A DNA stretch of 64,000 bases from Candidatus Zipacnadia bacterium (lineage in GTDB: Bacteria; Armatimonadota; Zipacnadia; Zipacnadales; Zipacnadaceae), in the NCBI GenBank assembly GCA_029820565.1, contig JALGUR010000009.1, forward strand, positions 1,787-65,786, written 5' to 3'. Position 1 is the first letter of the stretch. Each line of letters starts with the position of its first letter. The notes beneath the pieces are model-generated. The model had not been told where the DNA came from. It was given only the letters and a program-made list of their open reading frames with translations, and made no database searches. The position numbers and the translations under genes were made by a program. This document shows, piece after piece, positions 37,113-47,795 of the stretch.

Positions 37113-37545
37113 ACCCGAATTTGACGCAATTTTGCACACTGATGGTTCTTCGCTGGGCAATCCGGGTCCGGCCGGCGCCGGATTTGTGTTGCAAACCCCC
37201 GAGGGCCAGGCCATCGTGGAGCGGGCCATTCCACTGGGCTCTACTACGGTAGGAGTAGCGGAATATCGTGCCCTGATAGCCGGCCTGTCCGAAGCCATCT
37301 CCCAAGGGTTGCGGCGGGTGCAGGTGATTAGTGACAGCCAGTTTATGTGCCGCCAACTGCAAGGCGAATACAGAGTGCGCACTGCGGCCATAAAGCCTCT
37401 GTATGAATGGGCGCGAAAACTCATCAGTCGCCTGCAACATTTTGAAATTCAGTACACTGCCCGCGAAAACAACGCCCGAGCCGACGAATTAGCTAAACAG
37501 GGCGCTCAAAAGGCCGAGCAGCAGATGGTAGACCAATTGCAATAA
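37102..37545 (+). CDS. RNase H (type 1, short archaeal-like form)
   Basis: D-E-D-D catalytic pattern: HTDGSS, VAEYRALI, ISDSQ, NARADELA. 147 aa. Confidence 0.85.
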   Translation: MTNKPEFDAILHTDGSSLGNPGPAGAGFVLQTPEGQAIVERAIPLGSTTVGVAEYRALIAGLSEAISQGLRRVQVISDSQFMCRQLQGEYRVRTAAIKPLYEWARKLISRLQHFEIQYTARENNARADELAKQGAQKAEQQMVDQLQ

Positions 37546-37585
37546 TGACCTTACAATATCTATGTCGCTTGCATAGAACAGGGGC

Positions 37586-37614
37586 TTGACAGTGAGGGGC
37601 TGGACTATTAAGAT
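37586..37614 (+). promoter_or_regulatory. Candidate sigma70-type promoter
   Basis: TTGACA-17 nt-TAAGAT, leaving a leader of about 190 nt before ATG 37805. Confidence 0.4.
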
Positions 37615-37804
37615 AGCCACACGAGGCCCGGACGGTTTATTGGCGTTGAGCAGGGGCTGCTGTGTTGACGGGGAGCGAGCGAGACGCCCGCAGCCAGCAC
37701 CAACACCCTAAGCCGCTTTGAAACGGAGACACTCTCCCGCTGCGAGAACCTGGCGGCCTTGGCCCGGCTGAAATGGGGCCTGGGTATCCCAGAACTAAGG
37801 AGAA

Positions 37805-39829
37805 ATGACTATGTCGCGCCTCAGCGCCGGACTGTTGATAGTGGTCGTATTGGCTTCTACAGTCGTAGTACTTTGCGCCGAGCCGGCCCCGCCGGGTAGC
37901 CCGTTGAATCCCTTCGATCCACCACCAGGCACGGCCTGGTTGGGCAATGAATTGGGGCTATCGGAGACGCCTCCGCCGCCCTTTGAGCCGGTCCGCCTGC
38001 AAGAGTCACAAGGCAGCCTGACCGTGACGTGCTGGGGCCGCCGCTATGAATTGGGTGTTCTGGGTCTGCCGCGCCGGATCATTTCGGCGGGCGAGCCAAT
38101 ACTCGCTCAGCCCATTGAGCTCCGCGTGGTAAGCGACGGGGAAGAGCTGCTCTGGCAGCAAACCTCGTGCCGTGTAACAGAGCGCAGCCCTGTCAAGGTG
38201 CAGTTGAAAGGGGCCGCTAACAGTGCGCTCGGGCGGCTGCGGTGGACGTGCACGGCTGAGTATGACGGCCTCTTGCGGTATGATTTCATTTTGCATCCCG
38301 CTGCCGGCGCCACGGTTGACAACTTCGAAATAGTTTTTCCTCTGAAGCAAGAATGCGCCAGCTTTTACTATTTTGCCCCGGGGGGCCGGGGCGCAACGCA
38401 TCAGATGCTGAGTGGCTGGTGGCATCAATGGTGGCTGGGCAACGAAGAGCAAGGGTTAGAAGCCTTCTGTGAAACCGAGGAGGCCGCGAACAGTGCCGGG
38501 CGCCGTGACTGTTTCCGCGTTGAATCGGGCGAGCAAGTGACCAACGTGGTGTGGAACTTTGCCAACGAAACCTGGCAGGTGCGCGACCCGTGGCGGTTCA
38601 CATTCGGCCTGCTTGCCACACCAGTGAAGGATAGCACAGCCAAGTGGCACCGCTACCGGGCTGGGGGCCCGGGACGTAATGTAAACATCTACTGGCCGCA
38701 GACTTCTGTCCAGCCGTTTTACACGCACCCCATACCCAATGATGTGGACCAGTTCCGCACACTGGTGGCCGCGGCCCATGCCGAGGGGGAGAAGTTCATT
38801 CCCTACTCAATGCTTACGCAGATTTCCGGCTCCACCCCAGCCTGGCAGGCCCACGAGGCGGAATGGCTGCGGCCCGACAAGTGGCACATCGGCGCCGACC
38901 ATCCTGACACCGGCCGATTCGGCGCGGTGATCTACGCAGCGCGTCCCACCCAAAGCTTTATTGACTACATCGTTTGGCAGAACTATCACCTGGTTAAGGA
39001 GTTGGGCCTGGACGGCATCTATGTAGACTATTCGATGACCCAGTTCTGGAACAAGACGCGCCGGGGCCAGCGCATGCGCTACTGGCCGTTTTTCAGGGTG
39101 CGCGAGCTGTTCAAGCGGGTCTACACTATGCTCAAAGACCTGAACCCCGACAACCTGCTGATTGCCCACATGTCGCCCCACCTCGAGCCACATCTAATTG
39201 CCTTCACTGACATTTACCTGGATGGCGAGGGCAACTGGGTGGGGCAACTGGGTGACAACTACCTGGAGGTTATTCCGTTAGAGGCAATGCGGGCGGAGTT
39301 TATGGGCCATCAGTACGGAGTTATTCCCTGGTTCCTGCCGCAGTGGTACGGCGCAACTCTGGAGGACCAGGATGTCGCGAAGTTTCAGGATAATGGTAAG
39401 CCTGCACAGGTCACCATTGAAAAGTCCCATCATCTCTTTGGCCTGGGGCTGCTGCACGACTTTGGCTTCTGGCCTATCTGCGGGACGAACCCCGAGGCCA
39501 GCGAGCAGTACTACGGCATATTAGATGAGTTTGGCATTGGTGACGCCCAATTCTTCGGCTACTGGGATAACGCCGGGCTTATTGGCGGGCAGACCGAAGC
39601 CATCAAGGCCAGCGCGTATCGCAAGCCGGATGGCGGGGGATTGGTGTGCGTTTACAATGTGACCCGGGAGGCGCAGAAGCCGACTTTGCGCGTGGATTGG
39701 CAGCGCTTGCAAGGCCAGGACCCTTTGACCGTTGTGGACGCGTACACTAAGGAACCAGTGGTGACCGACGGGCAGAATGTGGCTCTGGAAGTCCCGCCGC
39801 TGAATTATCGCTTGCTGTGGGTGAGATAG
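37805..39829 (+). CDS. Secreted glycoside-hydrolase-like protein (family not assigned)
   Basis: Signal peptide MTMSRLSAGLLIVVVLASTVVVLCAEP. 674 aa with a TIM-barrel-like central region (..DGIYVDYS..). No catalytic motif can be named confidently. Confidence 0.7.
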   Translation: MTMSRLSAGLLIVVVLASTVVVLCAEPAPPGSPLNPFDPPPGTAWLGNELGLSETPPPPFEPVRLQESQGSLTVTCWGRRYELGVLGLPRRIISAGEPILAQPIELRVVSDGEELLWQQTSCRVTERSPVKVQLKGAANSALGRLRWTCTAEYDGLLRYDFILHPAAGATVDNFEIVFPLKQECASFYYFAPGGRGATHQMLSGWWHQWWLGNEEQGLEAFCETEEAANSAGRRDCFRVESGEQVTNVVWNFANETWQVRDPWRFTFGLLATPVKDSTAKWHRYRAGGPGRNVNIYWPQTSVQPFYTHPIPNDVDQFRTLVAAAHAEGEKFIPYSMLTQISGSTPAWQAHEAEWLRPDKWHIGADHPDTGRFGAVIYAARPTQSFIDYIVWQNYHLVKELGLDGIYVDYSMTQFWNKTRRGQRMRYWPFFRVRELFKRVYTMLKDLNPDNLLIAHMSPHLEPHLIAFTDIYLDGEGNWVGQLGDNYLEVIPLEAMRAEFMGHQYGVIPWFLPQWYGATLEDQDVAKFQDNGKPAQVTIEKSHHLFGLGLLHDFGFWPICGTNPEASEQYYGILDEFGIGDAQFFGYWDNAGLIGGQTEAIKASAYRKPDGGGLVCVYNVTREAQKPTLRVDWQRLQGQDPLTVVDAYTKEPVVTDGQNVALEVPPLNYRLLWVR

Positions 39830-39998
39830 GATATTAGAGAACAACGCCCGAGCCGAGGCTGCTTGCCAAGGCAAATCGACCTTACGAGTCACCACCTATC
39901 GATACCATTGGTCCGGATGAAGTCCCATTGTGGGAATGGGGGGGGGCAGTAGATTGGCAACAGCATATAGTAAAATCCACCATTGAGGGATGATACTT

Positions 39999-41084
39999 AT
40001 GAGTAATGAGAGAATTGGCTGGGGGATCATCGGTTGCGGAGTTATTGGCCCGTGGCACGCACAGGCAATTACCGGCGCTGAAGGCGCTGAGCTGGTCGCG
40101 GTCTGCGACATAGTTGAACAGAAGGCCAAGAAGCTCGGTGAGGAATACAGCGTGCCGTATGTAACCGATATCAACGAGTTTTTGGCCCGTGAGGATGTGC
40201 AAGCAGTTTCTATCTGCACGCCCAGTGGGATGCACGCCGAACAGGCCATAGCCGCGGCTGAGGCGGGCAAACACATTCTGTGCGAGAAGCCTCTGGATAT
40301 TACTCTGGAGAGAATTGACGCGATGATTGAGGCCGCCGCGGCGAATAATGTGAAGTTGGCCGGAGTATTCCAGCGGCGCACGTTGCCCAGTTCACAGCGC
40401 GTGCGCGAGGCGGTGCGCGGCGGCAAGTTGGGCAAAGTAGTTCTCGGTGACTGTTATCAGAAATACTACCGGTCCCACGAGTACTACGCCAGTGGCGAGT
40501 GGCGGGCGACGTGGGATTTGGATGGCGGTGGTGCACTTATGAATCAGGGGGTGCATGGTGTGGACCTGTTGCTGTGGATTATGGGCGACGTGGCCCGGGT
40601 CAGCGGTTATTGCCGCCGATTGGTGCGCAACATTGATGTTGAGGACACCGCAGTAGCTATGGTAGAGTTTGCCAACGGTGCTCTGGGAGTGTTAGAGGCT
40701 ACCACTTCAGTGACGCCGGGGTATGCTATGGCTTTGGAAGTACACGGAGATACGGGCAGTATAAAAATGGCGTCTGATGAGATCACCACTTGGGCCATTG
40801 CGGGCGAAGAAGAACAGACTGCCGAGGCCACCGGCGCGGGGACTGCTGCCGACCCGACGGCGCTCAGCACGTACGGCCACCAGCATCACGTGGCGGACCT
40901 CTGTCAGGCCATTACTGAAGACCGGCCGCCGCAGATACCAGGCCATGAAGCCCGCAAGGCGGTTGAACTGATCAAAGCCATATATCTGTCCAGCCGGGAG
41001 GGCGGCGCTGCGGTTGAACTGCCGCTGGCTTACGACGACGATGGCCCGGGAATCTATCCGTCTGTGGTGCCGCCGCCTTGGTAA
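39999..41084 (+). CDS. Gfo/Idh/MocA family NAD(P)-dependent oxidoreductase
   Basis: Rossmann N-terminus IGWGIIGCGVIG, and EKP motif (ILCEKPL). ATG 39999 follows GAGGGA; the ORF is open from 39990. Confidence 0.9.
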   Translation: MSNERIGWGIIGCGVIGPWHAQAITGAEGAELVAVCDIVEQKAKKLGEEYSVPYVTDINEFLAREDVQAVSICTPSGMHAEQAIAAAEAGKHILCEKPLDITLERIDAMIEAAAANNVKLAGVFQRRTLPSSQRVREAVRGGKLGKVVLGDCYQKYYRSHEYYASGEWRATWDLDGGGALMNQGVHGVDLLLWIMGDVARVSGYCRRLVRNIDVEDTAVAMVEFANGALGVLEATTSVTPGYAMALEVHGDTGSIKMASDEITTWAIAGEEEQTAEATGAGTAADPTALSTYGHQHHVADLCQAITEDRPPQIPGHEARKAVELIKAIYLSSREGGAAVELPLAYDDDGPGIYPSVVPPPW

Positions 41085-41130
41085 TGGTGCCCCACTGAAC
41101 GCTAACGCACCACTACGGCCGGTAGGTCAG

Positions 41131-41160
41131 TTGACACAAGTAATAGTAATGACTTATAAT
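41131..41160 (+). promoter_or_regulatory. Near-consensus sigma70 promoter upstream of pilB
   Basis: TTGACA-18 nt-TATAAT. Confidence 0.65.
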
Positions 41161-41236
41161 AGAGTAGTCATAGTCCGATAAAGCATGTGGATAACAAACC
41201 GCGTAAAAGTATGATGACGCTGAGGTGTTGATAACT

Positions 41237-43021
41237 ATGCGACGGCCCCAGGGACATAAGCGTATTGGTGAGATGCTCATCGACAAAGGTCTGCTTACCG
41301 AGGAGCAACTCCAACAGGCTCTGGAAACGCAGCAGCAAACTACCCAACTGATTGGTGAAGTATTGATGGACTTAGGGTTTGTGGAGCCTCGTCAACTCCA
41401 CGAAACTCTGGCTGAGCAACTCAAGGTGCCCTTCTACAATTTGGACAGCCAGGACGTTGATACCGGGGTGGCGCTGCTGTTAGGGCGAGATCTGGCCGAG
41501 CGGTATCGGGCCATCCCGGTCGGCCGCGGGGAGGGAACAATCCGGGTGGCAATGGCTGAGCCGGGCGATGTCATTGCTATGGATGACTTGAAAAGGCATC
41601 TTCAGGTGCCCATTGAGCCGCTGCTGGCTGTTCCGGCCGCGTTGGAGAGAACAATTGAGAAGGTTTACGAGAGCGCGCAGGAGAGTTCTGCGTCGGCCGC
41701 GGCTACAGGAGCCGCCTTAGGTGGGGTGGATATGGAGCAACTCACCCAGTCAGTTCGAGACTCGGGTGTGTTAGGGACCACTGAACCCGAGGACAGGCGG
41801 GAAGAGCGTCTGGAGACGGACCGCCTTACCGACGTGACCGATGAAGCCCCTATTATCAAGATTGCCAAAGTACTCATTCAGCGGGGCATCCAGGAGCGGG
41901 CCAGCGATATCCACGTTGAGCCTTACCAGAATCGCGTGCGGGTCCGCTATCGGATTGATGGCGTGCTCCACGATGTGATGCAGATACCCAAGTATGTCCA
42001 CGCTCCGTTGGTCTCGCGCATCAAGATTATGTCGGATATGAATATCGCTGAGCGCCGGGTGCCGCAGGACGGCCGCATCCATGTGCGCCATGCCGATAAG
42101 GACTACGACTTGCGTTGCTCAGTCATTCCTACCACGCTGGGAGAGAAGGCTGTGATGCGGATCTTGGACAAGACCTCCATACAAATAGGTCTGCAGGAGC
42201 TGGGGTTTGAAGAAGAAACTTTGGCCCAATTGGAGAAACTCATCATCCAGCCCAACGGAATGATTCTTTCCACTGGGCCTACTGGGTCGGGTAAGACTAC
42301 TACGCAGTACAATATTCTCAACCGTATTCTATCGGTAGAGACCAATATCATCACTATTGAAGATCCTGTTGAATACCAACTGGACGGTCTGAGCCAAGTC
42401 CACGTCAACCGTAAGGCGGGTCTGACTTTTGCGATCGCCCTGAAATATTTCCTGCGTCAGGACCCGGACATAATCCTGGTGGGAGAGATCCGCGACTTGG
42501 AGACCTCGGAAATTGCCATTCAGGCCGCGCTCACCGGCCACCTGGTGCTCAGCACTCTACACACCAACGATGCTCCTTCTACAATTACCCGGATGGTGGA
42601 TATGGGGGTGGAACCGTTCCTGATCTCTTCGTCGGTCATCGCCTCGCTATCGCAGCGGCTGACGCGCCAAGTCTGTCCGAACTGCAAAGAGCCTTATACT
42701 CCGCGCAAAGACCAACTGTTGGGCTTTGGCTTTGACCCCGATGCGCCCGAGAATAAGGATGTGGTATTCTATCACGGTGCAGGTTGTGATGCGTGTCGTC
42801 AGACCGGCTATCGCGGGCGCATGGGTATCTTTGAGTTGATGGTGATGAACCAGGACATTGCGGAGTTGATTGTTAAGCGGGCCTCGGCCGGGCAGATCCG
42901 TGAAGCTGCCATGGCGTCGGGAATGATTACGCTGCGCGAAGACGGATTCAAGAAAGTCCTGCGCGGGGTCACCACTATAGAGGAGTTAACCCGCGTGGTA
43001 TTTACTGCGGGAACCTGGTAA
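41237..43021 (+). CDS. pilB: Type IV pilus assembly ATPase PilB (GspE family) with MshEN-type N-terminal domain
   Basis: Walker A GPTGSGKTTT, Asp/His boxes, and the tetracysteine motif CPNC..CDAC. ATG 41237 lies 9 nt after GAGGTG. Confidence 0.93.
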   Translation: MRRPQGHKRIGEMLIDKGLLTEEQLQQALETQQQTTQLIGEVLMDLGFVEPRQLHETLAEQLKVPFYNLDSQDVDTGVALLLGRDLAERYRAIPVGRGEGTIRVAMAEPGDVIAMDDLKRHLQVPIEPLLAVPAALERTIEKVYESAQESSASAAATGAALGGVDMEQLTQSVRDSGVLGTTEPEDRREERLETDRLTDVTDEAPIIKIAKVLIQRGIQERASDIHVEPYQNRVRVRYRIDGVLHDVMQIPKYVHAPLVSRIKIMSDMNIAERRVPQDGRIHVRHADKDYDLRCSVIPTTLGEKAVMRILDKTSIQIGLQELGFEEETLAQLEKLIIQPNGMILSTGPTGSGKTTTQYNILNRILSVETNIITIEDPVEYQLDGLSQVHVNRKAGLTFAIALKYFLRQDPDIILVGEIRDLETSEIAIQAALTGHLVLSTLHTNDAPSTITRMVDMGVEPFLISSSVIASLSQRLTRQVCPNCKEPYTPRKDQLLGFGFDPDAPENKDVVFYHGAGCDACRQTGYRGRMGIFELMVMNQDIAELIVKRASAGQIREAAMASGMITLREDGFKKVLRGVTTIEELTRVVFTAGTW

Positions 43022-43063
43022 CAGGGACTGATTGCTGCGTACTTGTCCAGAAAAGGGAGAGCA

Positions 43064-44227
43064 ATGGCAGAACAATATCCAGAAATAGACGAGAATCAGC
43101 CGGCAGTGACTACCAAAGCCAAGCCGTCTCGCGCCAAGAAGACCGAGCGCAAGCCGGTGGAGAATGTTCATATCGAAGAACTTCTGGAATTGGTGGTGGA
43201 GAATAACGCCTCGGACCTGCACCTGGCAGTGGGGCTGCCCCCGGTGCTTAGAATTGATGGCCATCTCAAGCAGACTCGCTACGAATCGCTGACGGCGGGG
43301 GTGAGTCAGCGGATGATTTATGATATTCTTAGCGATGACCAGATTCAACGGTTTGAGACGAATCTGGAACTGGATTGCTCGTATGCGATGCGCCAGATAG
43401 CCCGTTTCCGGGTTAACGTATTCCGGGAACGGGGCAATGTGGCCAGTGCCTTGCGCTTGATTCCTGCGGAGGTCCCAACTATCCAGGAACTGGGGTTACC
43501 GCCAGTAGTAGAGGAGTTGGCCGGTCGGCCCCGCGGCTTGATACTGGTGACGGGTCCGACGGGCTCGGGTAAGTCCACCACGCAAGCCTCTATGATTCAC
43601 CACATCAACACTGAGCGATCCGAACACATCATAACTATCGAAGACCCCATTGAATATCTGCATAGTCACCGTAAGTGTATAATTCACCAGCGGGAATTGG
43701 GACAAGACACGCATAGTTTTGCTAATGCCTTGCGCTCGGCGCTGCGTGAAGACCCTGACGTATTGCTGGTGGGGGAAATGCGTGATTTGGAGACCATTCA
43801 ACTGGCCATTACCTGTGCGGAGACTGGTCACTTGGTGATGGCTACCTTGCACACTAACAATGCGCCTGAGTCCGTGGATCGGGCAATTGATGTCTTCCCC
43901 CCGGCCCAGCAAGAGCAGATTCGCGTAATGTTGGCCAATAACTTAATCGCAATTCTGTCTCAGCAACTGATGCCTCGGGCTGGGCAGGCCGGGCGCGTGT
44001 GCGCCGTAGAAGTAATGGTAGCTACGGCGGCTATTCGTAACCTCATCCGCGAAAATAAAGCCTTCCAGATGCACTCAATCATTCAAACCAGTGCGGATGT
44101 AGGGATGCAGTCAATGGACCAGGCTCTCCGGGATTTGTACAACCAGGGGCTGATAACCTATGAGGTGGCTACAAGGAGGTCCCACAATCCCGACGAATTA
44201 GAGAAACTTATCCACGGTGGCGCATAG
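43064..44227 (+). CDS. pilT: Twitching-motility retraction ATPase PilT
   Basis: GPTGSGKSTT, and the PilT-specific AIRNLIRE motif. About 50-aa N-terminal extension. Confidence 0.9.
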   Translation: MAEQYPEIDENQPAVTTKAKPSRAKKTERKPVENVHIEELLELVVENNASDLHLAVGLPPVLRIDGHLKQTRYESLTAGVSQRMIYDILSDDQIQRFETNLELDCSYAMRQIARFRVNVFRERGNVASALRLIPAEVPTIQELGLPPVVEELAGRPRGLILVTGPTGSGKSTTQASMIHHINTERSEHIITIEDPIEYLHSHRKCIIHQRELGQDTHSFANALRSALREDPDVLLVGEMRDLETIQLAITCAETGHLVMATLHTNNAPESVDRAIDVFPPAQQEQIRVMLANNLIAILSQQLMPRAGQAGRVCAVEVMVATAAIRNLIRENKAFQMHSIIQTSADVGMQSMDQALRDLYNQGLITYEVATRRSHNPDELEKLIHGGA

Positions 44228-44339
44228 ATCTGCAGGCGGATATGGGTGATTGCGGGGAAGTTGGGGTATAATACATTTATGGCGTTGCTTTGCTATTATT
44301 CTACTATACGGTTAGCCTCACAAAGGGGGCGGTGACCGC

Positions 44340-45578
44340 ATGACTACTTACGCGTATGTGGCTCGGGACAAAACGGGCCGAGAAATCTCGGAGACGTTAG
44401 AAGCCCCCAATAAGGATGCTTTGCTCCAGCAACTCCGGGACAGAGGACTGTACGTAAGTCAAGTAACCGAGCAGAAGGCTACGAGCCGGGCGAAGAAGAA
44501 GGGCATGGGAGGAATCACCCTATTCAAGGGGCGGGTGAAGTTGCGCGACCTGTCTATCTTCTTCCGACAATTCGCTACTATGATCAATGCTGGAGTTTCA
44601 CTGGTGCGGTGTCTGGACGTCTTAGAGCAGCAGAGTTCCAGTTATCGACTGAAGGAAATCATTCGTGATATTGAGAGTGAAATCGAAGGCGGCGCCAGCC
44701 TCAGTCGGGCCATGCTCAAGCATCCTAAGACCTTCTCCAACCTGGCTATTGGTCTGACCCGGGCTGGCGAAGTGGGCGGAGTGCTGGACGAAACCATGGA
44801 GCGCCTGGCCACCTTCATCGAAAAGGATATGGACATGCGCCGGAAGATCAAATCGGCTATGACTTATCCGGTTTTAGTGCTAATTTTCGCCGGGGGCATC
44901 GTCCTGCTGCTGACCACCTACATCCTCCCCAAGTTCATTAAACTGTTCACTGATCTGGGGTTGGAGGAGGACCAATTTCCGCTGCCGACCCTGATGTTGA
45001 TGAAGTTCAGCGACTTTGTCATCCACCGTTGGTGGGCGGCGATACTCATTGTTGTCGCTCTGGTCATCGTCTACAACCGAATTAGAGCGACTAAGACCGG
45101 CAAGCACTACCTGGACATCATAAAGCTGAAACTACCGGTATTCGGGGGCCTTACCCACAAAGTGGCAGTGGCTCGCTTCTCCCGGACCTTATCCACATTG
45201 CTGGGCAGCGGGGTACCCATCCTACAAGCGATGGAGACGACCGCCGGAACCATAGATAATGACCTAATCTCTGATGCCGTTCTGGCAGCCCGAGCCAGTA
45301 TCCGGGAGGGCGATACCATTGGCGATCCCCTGGCTGCTTCTCGCCAATTTCCCCCGATGGTCGTGCAGATGATCACAATTGGGGAAGAGACCGGCCAGTT
45401 GGACGCTATGCTGGAGAAGGTGGCCGATTTCTATGAAAGTGAAGTGGACGCCACCCTGGAGAGTCTGGCAGCGGCGCTGGAGCCGGTGATGATTGTACTT
45501 CTGGGGGTTGTAGTTGGCTTCATAGTAATATCTATGTTCCTGCCGCTCATCGAGATTATCGGGCAACTGTCTCAGTAA
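44340..45578 (+). CDS. pilC: Type IV pilus platform protein PilC (GspF family)
   Basis: Two GspF repeats and three transmembrane segments. 412 aa. Confidence 0.93.
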   Translation: MTTYAYVARDKTGREISETLEAPNKDALLQQLRDRGLYVSQVTEQKATSRAKKKGMGGITLFKGRVKLRDLSIFFRQFATMINAGVSLVRCLDVLEQQSSSYRLKEIIRDIESEIEGGASLSRAMLKHPKTFSNLAIGLTRAGEVGGVLDETMERLATFIEKDMDMRRKIKSAMTYPVLVLIFAGGIVLLLTTYILPKFIKLFTDLGLEEDQFPLPTLMLMKFSDFVIHRWWAAILIVVALVIVYNRIRATKTGKHYLDIIKLKLPVFGGLTHKVAVARFSRTLSTLLGSGVPILQAMETTAGTIDNDLISDAVLAARASIREGDTIGDPLAASRQFPPMVVQMITIGEETGQLDAMLEKVADFYESEVDATLESLAAALEPVMIVLLGVVVGFIVISMFLPLIEIIGQLSQ

Positions 45579-45801
45579 CCCGATACCCGTCTCATTATAG
45601 CAAACACGATGTAGCAGTTGGGCGAGGGCCGGTTCTCACTGCCGTCCCTCGTTGCAGTTTAGTCATTGCACTGTGGGCCGGCTACCGAGTTCCGTCACAC
45701 ACCACCTTATAGGAGCGGTGTCCGCGGCACGGTAGCCGTGGCGGAGGCTTGGGCCGGGGACAGGCCGCCTATAAAATAGCCTTGCCTGACAGGAGTACGG
45801 T

Positions 45802-46647
45802 TTGCCTGGGTTATCCTGGATTGTTTCTGTATTGCTGTTTCTACTGGGCGCGAGCATCGGTAGTTTTCTCAATGTCATCATCTACCGGTTTCCGCGGGCC
45901 AAATCGTTGGTCTTTCCTCCTTCTCATTGCCTCAGTTGCGGAGCCCGGCTGACGTTCGTAGACCTGATTCCCGTACTCAGTTATCTGCTGCTGCGCGGGC
46001 GCTGTCGGCACTGCGGCAAGCGCTTTAGCATCCGCTATATGCTCGTAGAAGCCGCGGCCGGCCTGCTCGCCGTCGGGTGTGCCCACCTGTTTGGCCTCAC
46101 TGCTTATGCGTTGGGAGTGTTTATCGCCGCGTGTGCCCTGATAGTCATATTCTTCATTGACCTTGACCATATGATAATTCCTGACCAGTTGACAGGCATA
46201 GTAGCCGCAGTCGGATTGGTCTTCGACGGTTACCGTCTGGCGGTTTTCGGTCGCGAGCAGACCATCGCCTTTTCCGAACAGATCGGCTCCCAGCACTATT
46301 CAGTCTATCTGCCGCGTAGTATCGTCGGGCTGGTGATGGCGGGCGGGGTGTTTCTGCTTATTGCCTGGGTCTCGCAAGCCGTCTTCAAGAAGCCGGCGAT
46401 GGGGATGGGCGATGTCAAACTGGCTGCGGCTATGGGTGCGATGCTGGGCCCAGGCTATGCGTTCCTTAGTTACTTTGTGCTGTGTATCTTGATTGGCGCA
46501 GCAGTATCTGTGTTATTGATTGTACTGCGGCTACGGCGGCGGCGTGACTATGTTCCCTTCGGCCCGATGATGGCCGTGGCCGGTCTGATTATGCTACTAT
46601 GGGGCGATGCAGTCGCGCCCTGGATACTGAACTGGTACATCCCTTGA
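45802..46647 (+). CDS. pilD: Prepilin peptidase / N-methyltransferase (A24 family)
   Basis: CLSCG..CRHCG zinc motif and the catalytic GMGDVKL Asp box. TTG start 6 nt after AGGAG. Confidence 0.9.
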   Translation: MPGLSWIVSVLLFLLGASIGSFLNVIIYRFPRAKSLVFPPSHCLSCGARLTFVDLIPVLSYLLLRGRCRHCGKRFSIRYMLVEAAAGLLAVGCAHLFGLTAYALGVFIAACALIVIFFIDLDHMIIPDQLTGIVAAVGLVFDGYRLAVFGREQTIAFSEQIGSQHYSVYLPRSIVGLVMAGGVFLLIAWVSQAVFKKPAMGMGDVKLAAAMGAMLGPGYAFLSYFVLCILIGAAVSVLLIVLRLRRRRDYVPFGPMMAVAGLIMLLWGDAVAPWILNWYIP

Positions 46648-46821
46648 TTGAGTTAGCGACTCTCCCTATCACTTAAACAAATTGATAGCACTTAGGGGCC
46701 AAAGTCAATGTTTAGCCAGGCCCAAACAAGGGTAGAAGTTCAATGAAGACTCGTACCCACTACCCTCTACTATGCAGTTGCATTTTGCAGAATCACTGGA
46801 CCTGCCGAAGGAGGTCATTTA

Positions 46822-47682
46822 ATGCGTAGATGGCACGACGCGCGGGGTTTCACGCTGGTAGAAATGTTGGTGGTCATTGGCATTATCGCGGTACTGGTGG
46901 CTATAATCTTCCCGACTTTCACCACCGCTCGGGAAAAGTCCCGCCAGGCCCGCTGCCGCACTAACCTGATGCAATTGGTCACACAACTGAAGGTCTACCG
47001 CACCGACTACGGCCTGTATCCGTCGGCCTGGGCCTGGGACAGCGATCCCGCTACCGGTTGGGTAGTAGGAGTGTGGTATAACTACCACGACGGCTATGAG
47101 AGATACGAGGGCGGCGTCAGTGCCCTATACCCCGACTATATTCAAGATAGAAACTTGCTGATATGCCCTGATGATAAAGATGTCAAAATCCGCAAAGAGG
47201 AGGCTACAAGCAAAGTCTACAGTTCCTATAACGGCACGGTGGATTTTTCCAACTGGAGTATAACTGGTGCCCTGTATAACTACTACGGCTACACCTATGT
47301 GGCCGATAGTACTAACGGTGCCAGTGATGGATACGAGGAGATCACTGCTCCTCTGCATACTTCTGGCGGGCCTCAGGTGCCACCCGGTTGGATGGATATT
47401 GATAGCAATTCAGTACCCGATTGGCTACAGACGCAAAGTCTGCGGTGGGGTCACTTTCCCGCTTTGTCAAATCCGCACGCACCGGATAGCACCATTGTCA
47501 CTCATTGCAGATGTCATCGCCAATTCTACAGCGAAGAGCGCCAGCGTGACGTAGTGGTGCGACTCAATGGGGAATCGGAGACGGTCGAGGTCGCGGGTAT
47601 GGAAACTCCTCATTCTTCCTGGGTGACTGATTGGAATGCCGGCGCTACTGAAGTAGCCCCGTGGGTGCACCAAAGTTTCTAA
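46822..47682 (+). CDS. Pilin/pseudopilin with class III signal
   Basis: MRRWHDARG|FTLVEMLVVIGIIAVLVAIIFP, Glu at +5. GGAGG RBS. 286 aa. Confidence 0.8.
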   Translation: MRRWHDARGFTLVEMLVVIGIIAVLVAIIFPTFTTAREKSRQARCRTNLMQLVTQLKVYRTDYGLYPSAWAWDSDPATGWVVGVWYNYHDGYERYEGGVSALYPDYIQDRNLLICPDDKDVKIRKEEATSKVYSSYNGTVDFSNWSITGALYNYYGYTYVADSTNGASDGYEEITAPLHTSGGPQVPPGWMDIDSNSVPDWLQTQSLRWGHFPALSNPHAPDSTIVTHCRCHRQFYSEERQRDVVVRLNGESETVEVAGMETPHSSWVTDWNAGATEVAPWVHQSF

Positions 47683-47795
47683 ATCAGGCTTATGGACACG
47701 CTTAGCGAGCTGCTGCATAATAAAATCGGCGGCTCTGTTTTATTGTCCGCCAGAAGGGTAAAATAAAGGTAGTAACGAGTTCGGGAACAGCAGAA

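Noticed and set aside
39836-39905. Possible relic of an RNase H C-terminus after the GH-like gene (ENNARAEAACQGK versus ENNARADELAKQG of 37102..37545; shared 17-mer aacaacgcccgagccga)
   Set aside because: The match is short. A 17-nt identity within a 64-kb GC-rich window is not clearly beyond chance, and similarity decays immediately outside it. It needs a statistical alignment test before being called.
46740-46821. Sigma54 promoter upstream of the first pilin gene (TGCAGTTGCATTTTGCA)
   Set aside because: It lacks the invariant GG of the -24 element (TGGCAC). Only the TTGCA-like -12 half is present.
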